64,000 bases of DNA from Malacoraja senta (GCA_038087875.1 JAXLNO010000239.1:124001-188000), one strand, 5' to 3'; counted from the first letter of the stretch, positions 11,780-25,208 are shown. Program-made: numbers and translations. The notes: generated by a model from the sequence alone, not told the origin.

Positions 11780-11985
11780 CTGCTCGGCGCTCTGCCATTG
11801 TGGCCGCCAGTGCATGCGTCTTTGCGTCACCACGCGTGGGCGCCGTGGCCTCGGCCCCAGGAGGTATTGGAGATGAAGGAAGTCGGCGTGCCGGATAAAT
11901 ACGGGAAAAAAAATACGCCTGCGGGCCGGATGATTTCGGTTTATGGGCCGCATTCGTCCCGGTGGCCATAGATTGCCGACCCCTA
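11780..11985. mobile_element. CpG-rich hAT/Charlie-type MITE fragment (one terminus)
   Basis: Ends GGCCATAGATTGCCGACCCCT, the reverse complement of a Charlie-like AGGGGTCGGCAA terminus; no partner TIR found. Confidence 0.55.
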
Positions 11986-12156
11986 CCCTGGGCTCTCATC
12001 TTCCTTAGCAGCCTCATGTGTGGCATCTTATCAAAGGCTTTCCGAAAATCTAAGTAAACAACATCTACTGACTCACCTTTGTCTGTCCTGCTATTTACTT
12101 CTTCAAAGAATTCCTGCAAGATCTTATGATCTAGAGGCAACTCCTATTGAAGAGAT

Positions 12157-12325
12157 GTAGGAATGAAGTGCAGATGCTGGTTTACACCGAAGATAGACAC
12201 AGAATGCTGGGGTAACTCAGCAGGTCAGGCAGCATCTCTCCAGAGATGCTCCAGAGATCCTTTTCACCAGAGATGCTGCCTGGCCTTCTGAGTTACTCCA
12301 GCATTCTGTGTCTATCTTTGTGTTA
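12157..12325. mobile_element. Palindromic Penelope-derived mini-element with deleted centre (intron 15)
   Basis: AGATAGACACAGAATGCTGGGGTAACTCAG is inverted to CTGAGTTACTCCAGCATTCTGTGTCTATCT. Confidence 0.75.
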
Positions 12326-12475
12326 AATATGAATGGACTTTGAATGCTGCATGTCACTTTGCAAGTACCTTCTATTATTGTGCTATGTGACCCAGATCTG
12401 TATCATAGGAAACATTATGAATGGGGGAAAATACAAGAAGCTGCCTGTTCAAACATCAGGTACTTTATTGTTTAG

Positions 12476-12603
12476 AATCCTTCAGTGATAAGGAAAACAA
12501 CAACGATGACACAGAAGACTACAACCTGGCCCTTGAAGTTGAAGATCTTCTCATCTTTTCCTACCAGGTGGCAAAAGGAATGAGCTTCCTCTCCTCCAAA
12601 AAT
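12476..12603 (+). CDS. KIT: KIT exon 16
   Basis: (E)[42 protein letters not shown]; 128 nt. Confidence 0.96.
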
Positions 12604-12690
12604 GTAAGATTAAAACTACTCGTAAAAGACAATTTCAGATGTATTATTATTGATAACATTGTAAGTAAATCATGACATGAATTGTACTAA

Positions 12691-12990
<300 letters not shown>

Positions 12991-13364
12991 TAACAACCAT
13001 TTATGAAAGAAGGAATGTTGTGTTTTTACATCAAACTTTACTTGCAAGTTGCTAGATTTATATTGTGAGTTATAAACATGAAGAGCAAAAACAACAAGTC
13101 ACCAGCCAGGTGTCACAGTAAAAATATGGTTAATAATAAATGACAAACCAATACATAATGCCTGATTCAGGGGATCTAAGGATAACTAACAAAATCACAC
13201 AGAAATACCATGTCATTACAGTCACAGATGCATAGTAAATCCTGACTAACCAAGATTCAGAATCCCATCATCTCCTGACCAGTAGATACAGAGACTTACT
13301 TCTGCACTGGATCATCAGGATTTCAGATGTAAAATACATTTTTTTTCCACAAAGGCTAACATAG

Positions 13365-13800
13365 AACATAGAACATATCAGGCCTCCCCTCAACCTTTGA
13401 CGTTCCCAGGAAAACAATCCAAGCCTGCCCAACCTCTTCTTGTAGCTAATACTCACTAATCCAGGCATCATTCTGGCAAACCTCCACTGCACCCTTTCCA
13501 AAGCTTCCACATTCTTCTTGTGTTGTGGTGACCAGAACTGCACAAAATACTTCAAATACGGCCAAATGAAAGTCCTATACAGCCGTGTCATGACTTCTTG
13601 ATTCTTATACTTAATGCCTCAACCAATGAAGGCAAGATACCACCTGCCTTCTTTACCATTCTATCTACTTGTGTTTCCACTTGTAAGGAGTTATGGACTT
13701 GGACCCCAAGATCACTCAGTGCATCAATGCTGTTAAGAATCTTACCATTAATTGTATATTTTCCCCTTATATTCGACTTCCCAAAGTGGAACATCATGCA
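13365..13800 (-). mobile_element. CR1 LINE fragment (intron 17)
   Basis: ORFs MMFHFGKSN...DLGVQVH and LYRTFIWPYLKYFVQFWSPQHKKNVEALERVQ. Confidence 0.85.
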
Positions 13801-14094
13801 CCAAACAAATTATCTGTTTACTGAATGTTGTCATTTTACAGACCATTTTTTAGTAGTTAGCTGCATGCAAGTGATCTCAAGAAAATTATCCTTACATCCA
13901 AAACATTTATGCCTGGAACTCACATTTAGAACTCACTGGGAATAATTGGCACACATCTGTTTGATAGCAAATTAACACAATGATCTGACAGTTGTAGTTT
14001 AATTACATTTTATGTTGATAACCATGCAAATACGATGATTGAATACTCAGATTGACAATAAAAGTGATATTTTAATATATTTTTTAAACCCTAG

Positions 14095-14388
<294 letters not shown>

Positions 14389-14640
14389 GTAAGTACAGTC
14401 ATTATTTTCCTACTGGTTACATTGCAAGCTGGCTGTTTGTGTTCCTGTCCTTTTCTTTGGGTGTACTGACCTTCTTGGCCAATTGTTTAGAAATTTCCAA
14501 ACATCCAACAGGAATTATTTTCCAATCTTATAGGAAAGCCCAAGTGAGTACATTTGTGATATATGTTTATTTATTGTTTAGGAATTGTGCTTTACTTTTC
14601 GAAGTTATGGGATTACCCAAGACTTTTCACACATTAGGAG

Positions 14641-14930
14641 GACTTTAGACTTTAGAGATAAGTGTGGAAACGAGCCTCTTTGGCCCCATCCAGTGATTAC
14701 CCTGTACACTTGCACTATCCTACATACTAGGGACAATTTTGGCAGAAACCAATTAACCTACAGACCTGTATGCCTTTGAAGTGTGCGAGGAAACCGGAGC
14801 ACCCAGAGAAAACCCACACGGTCATAGGGAGAATGTACAAACTCCATACAGAGAGCACTCGTAGTCAGGATTGAAGCCGTGTCTCTGGTGCTGCAAGGCA
14901 GCAACTCTACCACTGCATCACTTGCCGCCC
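14641..14930 (-). mobile_element. HE1-type SINE (intron 19)
   Basis: Same core and tail as the other copies. Confidence 0.85.
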
Positions 14931-15149
14931 ATAATGAGGATGTTGGTGGGGACTTTTTTGAAGATAGCCAAGATTACGATTGGCTTGCATGCTCCCTCTT
15001 CCCTGATGAGGGAGATTAGGTCATGAATTAATCCCAGAAGGACTTCACCACCATGTTTTAGTACTGCAACAGGGCAGCTGAAACATCCAAGGACCCACCC
15101 TGTCGAGAGCCAAGAAACAAGAAAGCTCACTAAGGATAGCGATTAAAAT

Positions 15150-15750
15150 GGTAGGAGTTTAAATTTGTTGCAAAGGGATTGGAGTTTAACAACAGAGAAG
15201 TTTTGTTGCTACTGTACTGGGTGTTGGTGAGGACTCACCTTGACTACTTTGTCTAGTTTTGGTCTCTTTAGCTGAAAAAAGACATAGTAACATCGATAGC
15301 AAAAGAAAGGAAATTCGCCCAGCTACTTCCTGGGATGAGAGGGTTGTCATACCAAGAGAGACTAAATACTTTGGGCCTGTATTACTTGAAATTTAGAAGA
15401 ATGAAGAGTGACTTTACTCAAATGTACAAGAGCCGAAGATGTTGGGATGTTGGGATGTTTTCACTGGTGGGGGAGTTTCGGACAAGAAGATAATGGGCTG
15501 ATCATTTAAAATGGAGGTACACAGAAATTTGTTCTCATGGATGGTGGTGAACCTTTGGAATTTTCTGCCCTGGTGAGAAGGTGGATCATTGGAAGTACTT
15601 AACAATGGAAATGAATAAATATTTGATAGATCAAGGAATAGAGGAGAAATGACAGAGAGGAAGGAAAGAGGCCAGCATAGAGCAGCCGTGATCATCTTAA
15701 ATGGCAGTCTGGTTTGAAGTGCTTAATGGCCTACTGTTGCTCCTATTTTT
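15150..15750 (+). mobile_element. Old CR1 3' fragment (intron 19)
   Basis: Degenerate CR1 C-terminal coding sequence and 3' UTR (ATGGCCTACT..GCTCCTA). Confidence 0.7.
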
Positions 15751-17701
15751 GGTGTTTTCTTGTGCCCACTATTTAGTAAGGCATTTGGTGTGATCAGCTG
15801 AATTATGATCTCATGAACCTTTTGCTGGATAAAGGTTGTGATTATGATGGAGAATAAGATGTGGGATGAAGTTACGGCTACTCATGTCAAAGACCAAAGT
15901 TATCTGTTGATAGAGAAACAGGTCCATTGATCCACCGAGTCCATTGATAGAGAAACTGGTCCATTGACCCATGCCGACTATCAATTACCCATTTGCACTA
16001 ACCTTACACTGGTCTAACCCAATTTTATTCTCTCCATATTGTTATCAATTTCCCCCTGACTTCTATCACCCACCCATGCACAAAGGGCCAATTACAGCTA
16101 CCAATTAACCTATTTTTTGAGGAGATCCTCAAAGTGCTTTTTCTCATGGGTGCTGACTGCCTCACTGTCTTTGCTCTCTTATGTTCTTGGTTATCAATGG
16201 CTGGAGAGCGAGGGGGAAGATCAGATTATTTGATTATTTTATCCCTTGCAATTCAGCTTAGGGATATCATGAGTTTATGATTTATTAGTGCTTGGATCTC
16301 CTAGTCATTCCTCTAAACAAGTTTTGATAGTTTTTGGTGGAGAAACCAAACACTTTGTCACTGACCTAAGGTGGACTTCAAAGCAGACCAATCGTTCAGG
16401 ATAAGCCATGAATTCTTTTAATTTTACTTTAGTCAGATATTATGACAACAGCTTCCAGCCAGGCATTCACGACAATAAATGCAACGTTAGCTTACAAGTT
16501 GTTCATGTGATTTTTGTTTTGGGCCATGTACTGTAAATGGACAATGCTTGTGCTACACACAATTTTCCCTTTGCAGTGTTCTCATATGAACAGCTGAATG
16601 AGGAGCAGTGCCTTCAAGCTGTGAGACATGGGCTAGGGGTATGCAATGTACGTGAACCTCTGGTGCAGTGTTTGAATATATGTTTGAAGCCTGATTATCA
16701 AACTTTTAGGTAGGTAGGTGATCATAGAGTCATAGAGCGCAGAAACAGGCCCTTCTGTCCAACTCTTCCACACAGACCAAGATGCTTTCCTGAGCTAGTC
16801 CAATTTACCTCTGGGCTTTTCCTATCCATGAAATTGTCCAAATGACATTTAAATGTTGTAATTGTACCTGCCTCTACAACATCCCCATGGAAACTCAATC
16901 CATAAATCCACCACAATCTGTGCTAAAAACCCTGTCACTCAGATCTCCACTAAATATTTCCCCTCCACCTTAAAACAATGCCCTTTTGTAGTGCATGAGA
17001 TTGGTGTGCATTTGTGCAGTGTGCAGTGAGGGGTGGGATGTTAAGGTATATTCACTGAGTTTGACTGCGTGCGTGGTTGTAAACTTTATTGCAGTGTGAT
17101 GGAACTTGGTTTTTCACATTTGACTTTACGTCCTCCAGTGCTTCATCGTGTTCCTGGAGAGCTCCTGGTCTCCCCGGGTGGTTGTCTTCTATCAACCACA
17201 CTACTTTGATCAGCCAAGCATCCAGGGCTATCGGGAAAAAGGCTGTCCCTTCTTGCCCTTGTTTCCTCATGTCATTTAGCAAGCTGCAAATAGATGTTGT
17301 CTGACTCCCACAACCACCTCCTCTTGAAGAAGTGCAGGCTGGCTTTAAAGTGGATCAGACTAGCCATTCATGAAATGAAGCCCTCGGGTTACGCATGCTT
17401 TATCTTGCTGGTTGCTGAAATCCTTTTAACGAGGCACAGTTTGAATTTTCTTCCTTCCTGCTCCAGGTCTAAGAGATGAGGTCAATTGTGCAAGGCCACC
17501 CCAGCCTTCATTTTCATCCTAATGTGGACCCTAAAAGCTTTTCTTGGAAATCTTTTCCTAGTTTGTTTCAAAGATCCCCTGCAGGATGCAAGAATTTAAG
17601 CAATTAAACATGAGTGAAAAGTGCAATTACTTTCTGTGCAAACCCAATTAGTTGAAATTACTGTCTCCCGTGCTTATTGTTAATTGAATAATGTCTCATA
17701 G

Positions 17702-17807
17702 GTATGAAGTCATGAAAGCTTGCTGGGATTCTGATGCTTTAAGAAGACCTACATTTGAACAAATAGTGGAGATGATTGAAGAGCAGCTCTCAGACACCTC
17801 GATACAT
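17702..17807 (+). CDS. KIT: KIT exon 20
   Basis: (L)[35 protein letters not shown]; 106 nt. Confidence 0.97.
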
Positions 17808-19297
17808 GTAAGCAGCTGAGTGAGTGGATGCAGCGGCTTGTGGCTCCAATATGTGTGGGCAGATATGACCCAGAGTGGTTGGTTATTTCCTGAATGTGGT
17901 AGCTGCTGTTGCAATAGATACATCTACCCACAGTCTGTTTGAGGATCTCTGCCATAAGCAATAACTTAAAGATACAAATTTAAATTACTTAATCAAATGA
18001 ACCAATTCAAAGGGGAATTAAATAAAAACAAGAGTGAAAATTCATAGTCTTCAAATTATGTGAAAATGGCTTGTAGATTCAAAGCCTCTGACAATAATTG
18101 TCCTTTCTGGTCGCATAAGTTACAAATATATTAAAATGTATCTGGCTCTCAGTGAGTGGTTTCTGGCTGAAGTTATATAAATGTTGGCCTTGTAATGAAT
18201 CCTGGCCGTACTGTTACATTACTTACAGCTCTTTGCATCACCGGTTATACTAATGTTTGGCTTGATTGTACTCATGCATGGTATGATTTGCCCAGATATC
18301 ACACAACATCTAGAGTTAGATATAGCACTTAGGGCTAACGGAATCAAAGCACTTAGGGCTAACGGAATCAAGGGATATGGGGGGAAAAAGCAGGAAAGGG
18401 GGAACTCATTTTGCATGATCAGCCATGATGATATTGAATGGCGGTGCTGGCTCGAAGGATCAAATGGCCTACTCCTGCACCTATATTCTAAGTTTCTATG
18501 TTTCTAAAACAAAGTTTTTCACTGCATCTTGGTACATGTGGAAACAATAAACCAATACAATATTACACACTTTGTCACTGCAACACGCCCTAGAGAGACA
18601 CTTTTCTAGTTGCCATTGGTGGATAAACAAATCCTTTTCTCTCTACAAGGTATTCAACTACACATAATCGCTCATTATCATAAATCCACAAAATAAAATG
18701 CTGCTAATTTGAAACAGGCATGTGATTAGCAATACCATTCAAACAGACCATAAGATGTCTGGTGTGGAAACAAATCTGTCCTGGGGTTGTGGCAAAGTTT
18801 ACTCATGGGTTGGAAGGTGGATTGTTCAGGCATAGTAGTAGAACTGAGTGGTAGTATATTTTGGTAAGAAAATTGAGGAGGTCGCTAATGGCCTGGAAAC
18901 TAACAATTTAGATGGAGTAGAGTAATAAAATTCATATTGGAATAGGCCCATCACTATAATACACTCACATGCACACATTGGTACGGTCATTAAAAATAAA
19001 CGGTTCAAAAATTGCCCATTGGATTATTAGGGCATTTAGATAAGTATCTGTTATGTAAACAAAAGGAACGATTAATTAAAATATCAGCTCCATGACTCTT
19101 TTCTATTGCTTTCTGATGTGCATGTTGAAGTGAATGTTGCAGTTCTCTGCAGTCTCTGCAATTATTGCTGCTGTCAATACAATACGAAATGGACAGAGCA
19201 GAGCAACCAGAATTACCCATGTTTCAAAATGTTTTTTAAAAAATCATTTGCAGACGTTTTACAGGCTGATGATCCATTTCCACCCTTATTTTTACAG

Positions 19298-19456
19298 AGG
19301 TATTCCAACCTGGAGTCAAATTTCACCACAAGGCTTAAGTTCTCCAGCCATTCCTCACGTCTTAATTCAGCTGGCAGCAGCAATGCATCCGACCAACCGC
19401 TCCTCATTAATGATGATGTCTTTTTCGAAGATGAAAACAAACGAATGGGAATTTGA
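19298..19456 (+). CDS. KIT: KIT exon 21, coding part to stop codon
   Basis: RYSNLESNFTTRLKFSSHSSRLNSAGSSNASDQPLLINDDVFFEDENKRMGI*; YSNL and QPLL..DDV resemble the KIT C-terminus. Confidence 0.95.
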   Translation, partial: RYSNLESNFTTRLKFSSHSSRLNSAGSSNASDQPLLINDDVFFEDENKRMGI

Positions 19457-20349
19457 CCTTTAGCAGTGTCCAAATTACACATGCCCTGCCGAGACTAATA
19501 TACAGAAAAAAATGACTGAATGGATATTTTATTAACATTTTTTATAATTCATGTTGGAATCATAAAGCTACTTGGAAACTACTATACTGTAGCCCTCCGT
19601 GGCCAAGTTAAATGCATCAGAATGATTGTTCACTGCAAGACTGCTTGAGGGCTGCTTTGCAGAGATGTCATGCAGCCTGACATTTAAAAAGGATGCTGTT
19701 TGTCATTTTGTTTTGAATTATATGCGATTACGTTTATCACTTATTTTGCTGCAATGCTTACATCAGATCACTATCATGCTGAACTAGCTAATTTAACCAG
19801 CAAATTAAAAAAATCTGACTGATAATATAAGAAGTGTGAAGGAACCAGCTTGCTCACTAAAGGAGATCTGCACCAGCGATGGAATGGAAACCAAATGTCC
19901 ATTCCAGCATTTTTTTTCTGCATGAGATACAACTCTTTTTGCTGAGTTGATTCCAAATGCAATTGTATGTTGGGGAAAAAATAGCATGTGCCAAACTTCA
20001 AATATGACCTTTAATTAATATAAGCTTTCTCAGCAATTTTTGTTACATATGCAACCATATGTAAATAGCATTGCCGTGAGTCCAACCTACTTTTAATTCA
20101 TTGGAAATGTGCTATTTTACTGAGCTTTGTAGCTCCTGCACTGCTGTGAGTGAATATAATGCCTACACACTGCAACTATTAAAAATAATTGCAAATACAC
20201 TGAGCTAATAGAAAACTCGAGTACGTTAGATATTCTCTTACCTTCTTATGGTCTTGTCTAGATTAATAAGTTAACACAAATGTTATTCCACACCATGAAA
20301 ACCACATAATAAGCATGTTTGTTGATCTCCATGAAAGGTTGTTTTTTTT

Positions 20350-20642
20350 TTAGTTTAGTTTAGAGATACAGCGCAGAAACAGGCCCTTCGGCCCACCGGG
20401 TCCGCGCCGACCTACGATCCCTGCGTATTAATACTATCCTACACACACTAGGGACAATTTTTACATTTACCAAGCCTACATACCTGTACGTCTTTGGAGT
20501 GTGGGAGGAAACCAAAGATCTCGGAGAAAACCCACGCAGGTCACGGGGAGAACGTACAAACTCAGTACTGATAGTCGGGATCGAACCCGGGTCTCCGGCG
20601 CTGCATTCGCTGTAAGGCAGCGATTCTACCGCTGAGCCACTG
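20350..20642 (-). mobile_element. HE1-type SINE, young copy in the putative KIT 3' UTR
   Basis: CpG-rich intact-looking copy with tRNA-like head and (TAAAC)n tail on the minus strand. Confidence 0.9.
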
Positions 20643-22050
20643 TACAAAGAGCAGACATTGCATTTTAAAGCACCTTCTGAAGCTATTGTTACCACATTGC
20701 CTGTCTGCCATTGTTATCAATTAGTTAGCTTGAATTCTAATTAGCCAAACCTCTGTTTGGGTTCAGTTATAAATAATTTGTGGACTTAAAATTGTTTTTT
20801 ACTAAGCTCTGTTAACTGTACAAAAACTGTAGCTAGATTTCAATAAGCTAAACTAAATGGCTGTAAAAGCTCAAGAAGAAATTAACCAAAATTCCTGCAT
20901 GTAATGAAAATCAATGTTTGAAAATATTAATGTCATTTTATTATTTGTGTTTGTTTTAAAGCATTATTAAGTTTTAAAGAGTACACTTTATTTACCCACT
21001 GAGGTAAGTTGTACATTGAGTTGTAAACATTAATCATATGAAAGGTCATCGCATTGATACCTGCCATACTTGAGTGTCATATTTCTATATTTGGAAGCAC
21101 ATACCAGTTAATCAACAACTTGATGAAAATGAGAAGTTATCCAGTCGTAGAACAGATATAATCAGTTCTTCCTTGGTATTTAAATAAGTGGACCTACCAT
21201 GCATGTCCCAGGTACCAGTAGAAGTCTCTTGGACAATACTTGGTAGAGATTAGCATCCTTATTCCCCACAAATTTCGAATTTTCCTGCATGTTCCCTTTA
21301 CTTCTGGAAGTACTTAGTTATCCAGGATAACTTCAATGCCTGTGCTGTTTGTAGTCTTTTCTGACATAATCACGCTGACATCACTCAAACTGATGTACAT
21401 TTAGGCATTGTGTGCTGCAAAATATCCTGAAGATCTTACTTGAGATGAAAGAGAATGCATAAGTAATGCCACAGAAACTAGCCCCAAACATCTAATTTTA
21501 TGCAAATATATGCTCCACTCCTATTTAGGAATCAGCATAATGTTTAAAATGCAAACTAAAATTGCATCCTGGTTTCTTTTGGAATAGTTTTTAATGCCAT
21601 TGGCTTTTTGACATCGTAACTGGTGGACTTAAAAGATGGAAGACCACATGACAAAAATGTTTGGAAAGCTGTGTTTTTGCAGTGTATGTAGATTATTGAG
21701 AGTTCTTATTATTGAGGAATTTGCAATTCCTGCAAATATACGAGTTGCCAGTGTAAAAAAGACTGCCTGGCAATTTGGGCATACTTATCCCTGAAATGTC
21801 CCGGAAATACTTATGAACCATGAAGCAATCATGTTATTAGTCCTCAGGCCTCATTTCCACAGAGCCAGCCTATACAAGCCAATGGCTACCAGGTGAAGTT
21901 CGACCCATGGTTGGTTAATATTTATTTTTATTGTCACGTAACTGAAATATAGAATTGGATACTTTTTATTTTTCTTTATTATGCCTTATTAGTTGTGTGG
22001 TGTTACAATGTTTACATTTTAGGACAGTCTTTGTTTCCAGGACATAGTTA

Positions 22051-22379
22051 TGGCCCTGTCCCACGGTACGAGTTCATTCCAAGAGCTCTCCTGAGTTTGC
22101 CCTGATTCGAACTCGGAGGTTTACGGTAATGGCCGCTCGTCGGTATCGGGGCTCTCGTGGACATTTTTCAACATGTTGAAAAATCTTCACGAGTCTTCCC
22201 GAGCTTACCTGCCATTAGCAAGTCTTCCCGAGTACCTGCCATTAGCGTTACGAGCCGCTAAGAGACGTCCCCGAGCTCCGACGTACCCGCTACGTTCATT
22301 CTCCGTGCTTACCACGAGTTTGATTTTTTTATAACTCGTGAGAGAGCTTGGAATGAACTCGTATCATGGGACAGGGCCA
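22051..22379. mobile_element. PIF/Harbinger-like MITE
   Basis: ~35-bp TIRs TGGCCCTGTCCCACGGTACGAGTTCATTCCAAG / CTTGGAATGAACTCGTATCATGGGACAGGGCCA; flanked by TTA and TAA; internal 22-bp palindrome. Confidence 0.8.
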
Positions 22380-22515
22380 TAACAGTCTGTTTTGAATTTG
22401 TATCTCAGATCTGCCTCAAAAGAATGGAGTATTATGTTAATAAGACCTTGATATGTTGCAAGTTCAGGAATTGTTTGGGAGGCAGTGATTCTTCTTCTTC
22501 ATGCTTTCACTTGAA

Positions 22516-22521
22516 AATAAA
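22516..22521 (+). promoter_or_regulatory. Candidate KIT polyadenylation signal (AATAAA)
   Basis: First canonical AATAAA I noticed after the stop codon, ~3.06 kb downstream; earlier ATTAAA variants exist; no transcript evidence. Confidence 0.35.
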
Positions 22522-23120
22522 CTATTTTGCAGGATCTTGCTGTTGTGAACTTCCTCATTTGAAAGATCATTTTACAATGCTCTGCAATAGTAAAGGATTC
22601 TGCTTAAAAAATAATCCATATTAGTGTATGTAGTGGTGATTAGTTTATTGCAGCTCGTTAGAATATTTCCGAGTTTATGGGTTAGGAGCTATGTCTGTTA
22701 ATTTATTGCTGCATAAAGTTTTCATAAAATATGCACATTGTAAAAGATTTGCAATTCAATTTTTCTTTCTATTCATGAATTTGCATAAAAATGTTAACTC
22801 CCATTTTAATGATTTTTAAATAATAGGCAAAATATGTCAGGTGATTGCAATAATAGGCTGCACGGTTCTATTTTTCATATGAATTCTCTCAGGAAATTGG
22901 AACTGAAAATATGCCTGAGATTAATTATGTTTATGGCACATTTTGAATCCTGGCTTAGGCATGCATTGACAAAACACCATAGATACTGATTTAATAAGTT
23001 AGGCAGCATTTGTGAAAAGAGAAACAGAGTTAAAATTTCAGGTCCAGGACCCTTCATCACAAGTGGAATGAGAGAGAGCAAGTTCATTTTAAGTTGCAGA
23101 GAATATAATATAGGGATGTA

Positions 23121-24722
23121 CAGTGCATTCAGAAAGTATTCAGACCCCTTCACTTTTTTCACATTTCGTTACATTACAGCCTTATTCTAAAATGGATTCA
23201 ATTCATTTTTTAAAATCATCAATCTACACACAATATCCCATAATGAAAAAGTGAAAACAGGTGTTTAGAAATTTTTGCAAAGTAATTAAAAAGAAAAAAA
23301 CTGAAATATCACATTTACATAAGTATTCAGACCCTTTACTCAGTACTTTGTTGAGGCACCTTTGGCAGCGTTAAAACCTCAAGTCTTCTTGGGTATGACG
23401 CTACAAGCTTGGCACACCTGTATTTGGGTAATTTCTCCCATTCTTCTCTGCAGATCCTCTCAAGCTTTGTCAGGTTGGATGGGGAGTGTCGATGCACAGC
23501 TATTTTCAGGTCCCTCCAGAGATGTTCGATCGGGTTCAAGTCCGGGCTCTGGCTGGGCCACTCAAGGTCATTCACAGACTTGTCACAAAGCCACTCCTGC
23601 GTTGTCTTGGCTGTGTGCTTAGGGTCGTTGTCCTGTTGGAAGGTGAACCTCTGCCCCAGTCTGAGGTCCAGAACACTCTGGAGCAGGTTTTTATCAAGGA
23701 TCTCTCTGTACTTTGCTCCGTTCATCTTTCCCTTGATCCTGGCTAGTCTTCCAGTTGCTGCCGCTGAAAAACATCCATACAGCATGATGTTACCACCACC
23801 ATGCTTCACTGTAGGTATAGTATTGGCCAGGTGATGAGCGGTGCCTGGTTTCCTCCAGATGTGACACTTGGCATTCAGGCCAAAGAGTTCAATCTTGGTT
23901 TCATCAGACGAGAGAATCTTGTTTCTCATGCCTTTTGGATAACTTCAAGCAGGCCTTTTACTGAGTGGCTTCCATCTGACCACTCTACCATAAAGTCCTG
24001 ATTGGTAGAGTGCTGCAGATATAGTTGTCCTTCTGGAAGGTTCTCCTATCTCCACAAAGGAACTCTGGAGCTCTGTGAGAGTGACCATCAGGTTCTTGGT
24101 CACCTTCCTGACCAAGGCCCTTTGCCCCCGATTGCTCAGTTTGGCCGGGCAGCTAGCTCTATGAAGAAGGTGGTTCCAAAGTTCTTCCATTTAAGAATGA
24201 CAGAGGCCACTGTGCTCTTCGGGACCTGCAATGCTGCAGAAATTGTTTTATACCCTTCCCCAGATCTGTGTCTCAACACAATCCTGTCTCGGAGGTCTAA
24301 GGACAATTCCTTCACCTTCATGGCTTTGTTTTTGCTCTGACATGCACTGTCAACTATGGGACCTTATATAGACGGGTGTGTGCCTTCCCAAATTATGTCC
24401 AATCAATTTAATTTACCACTGGTGGACTCCAATCAAGTTGTAGAAACATCTCAAGGATAATCAATGGAAACAGGATGAACCTAAGCTCAATTTTGAGTGT
24501 CATAGCAAAGGGTCTGAATACTTATGTAAATGTGATATTTCAGTTATTTCTTTTTAATTACTTTGCAAAAATCTCTAAACACCTGTTTTCACTTCTTCAT
24601 TCTGGGGTATTGTGTGTAGATTGATGATACAAAAAAATGAATTTATTCAATTTTTAAATAAGTCTGTAACGTAACATAATGTGGAAAAAGTGAAGGGGTC
24701 TGAATACTTTCTGAATGCACTG
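23121..24722 (-). mobile_element. Tc1-family DNA transposon (DD34E, IR/DR-type TIRs), full length, transposase disrupted
   Basis: TA TSD on both sides; TIR CAGTGCATTCAGAAAGTATTCAGACCCCTT; ~215-bp TIRs with an inner direct repeat; transposase motifs [24 protein letters not shown] split by frameshifts. Confidence 0.97.
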
Positions 24723-25039
24723 TAGAGGTAAAAAAAGAAACAATAAAGCTTTTCACTGAACCTCGGTAAACATGACAATAATAATAAACTAAACTAAACA
24801 AAGTGAACATCTATGTTAGGGTGAGATGAGATTTCTGTGGGGATAGGTTGTGGTGGTCATCAGATCAATTGGTTAATGAGGCCAGTTTGATAGAGCCAAT
24901 GAAAACAAAAGTAAGAAATGAGAGTAACGAGAGAGTCCAAGAGAAACATGAAAAGTTGTTAGGATGAGGCAAGGCTGGAGGGCATATACACTAGGTGTGC
25001 TAATGGAAAGAGAAAAACTGAGCCAATATCACTGTAAAC

Positions 25040-25208
25040 GGGCGGCATGGTGGCACAGCGGTAGAGTTGCTGCCTTACAGCATCGGAGACTAGGGTTCGA
25101 TCCCGACTACGGGTGCTGTCTGAACGGAGTTTGTACGTTCTCCTCGTGACCGCGTGGGTTTTCTCCGAGATCTTCGGTTTCCTCCCATAATCCAAAGACG
25201 TAAACTAA
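25040..25208 (+). mobile_element. HE1-type SINE, internally truncated
   Basis: GGCGGCATGGTGGCACAGCGGTAGAG...GGTTCGATCCC head joined directly to a TAAACTAAAC tail. Confidence 0.85.

Noticed and set aside
17050..17600. Coding-looking, more GC-balanced stretch in intron 19
   Set aside because: No recognisable protein or repeat motif in any frame; possibly an old element, but I cannot support a call
25040..25110. tRNA-like sequence
   Set aside because: It is the tRNA-derived head of an HE1 SINE, not a tRNA gene; the same applies to the other copies
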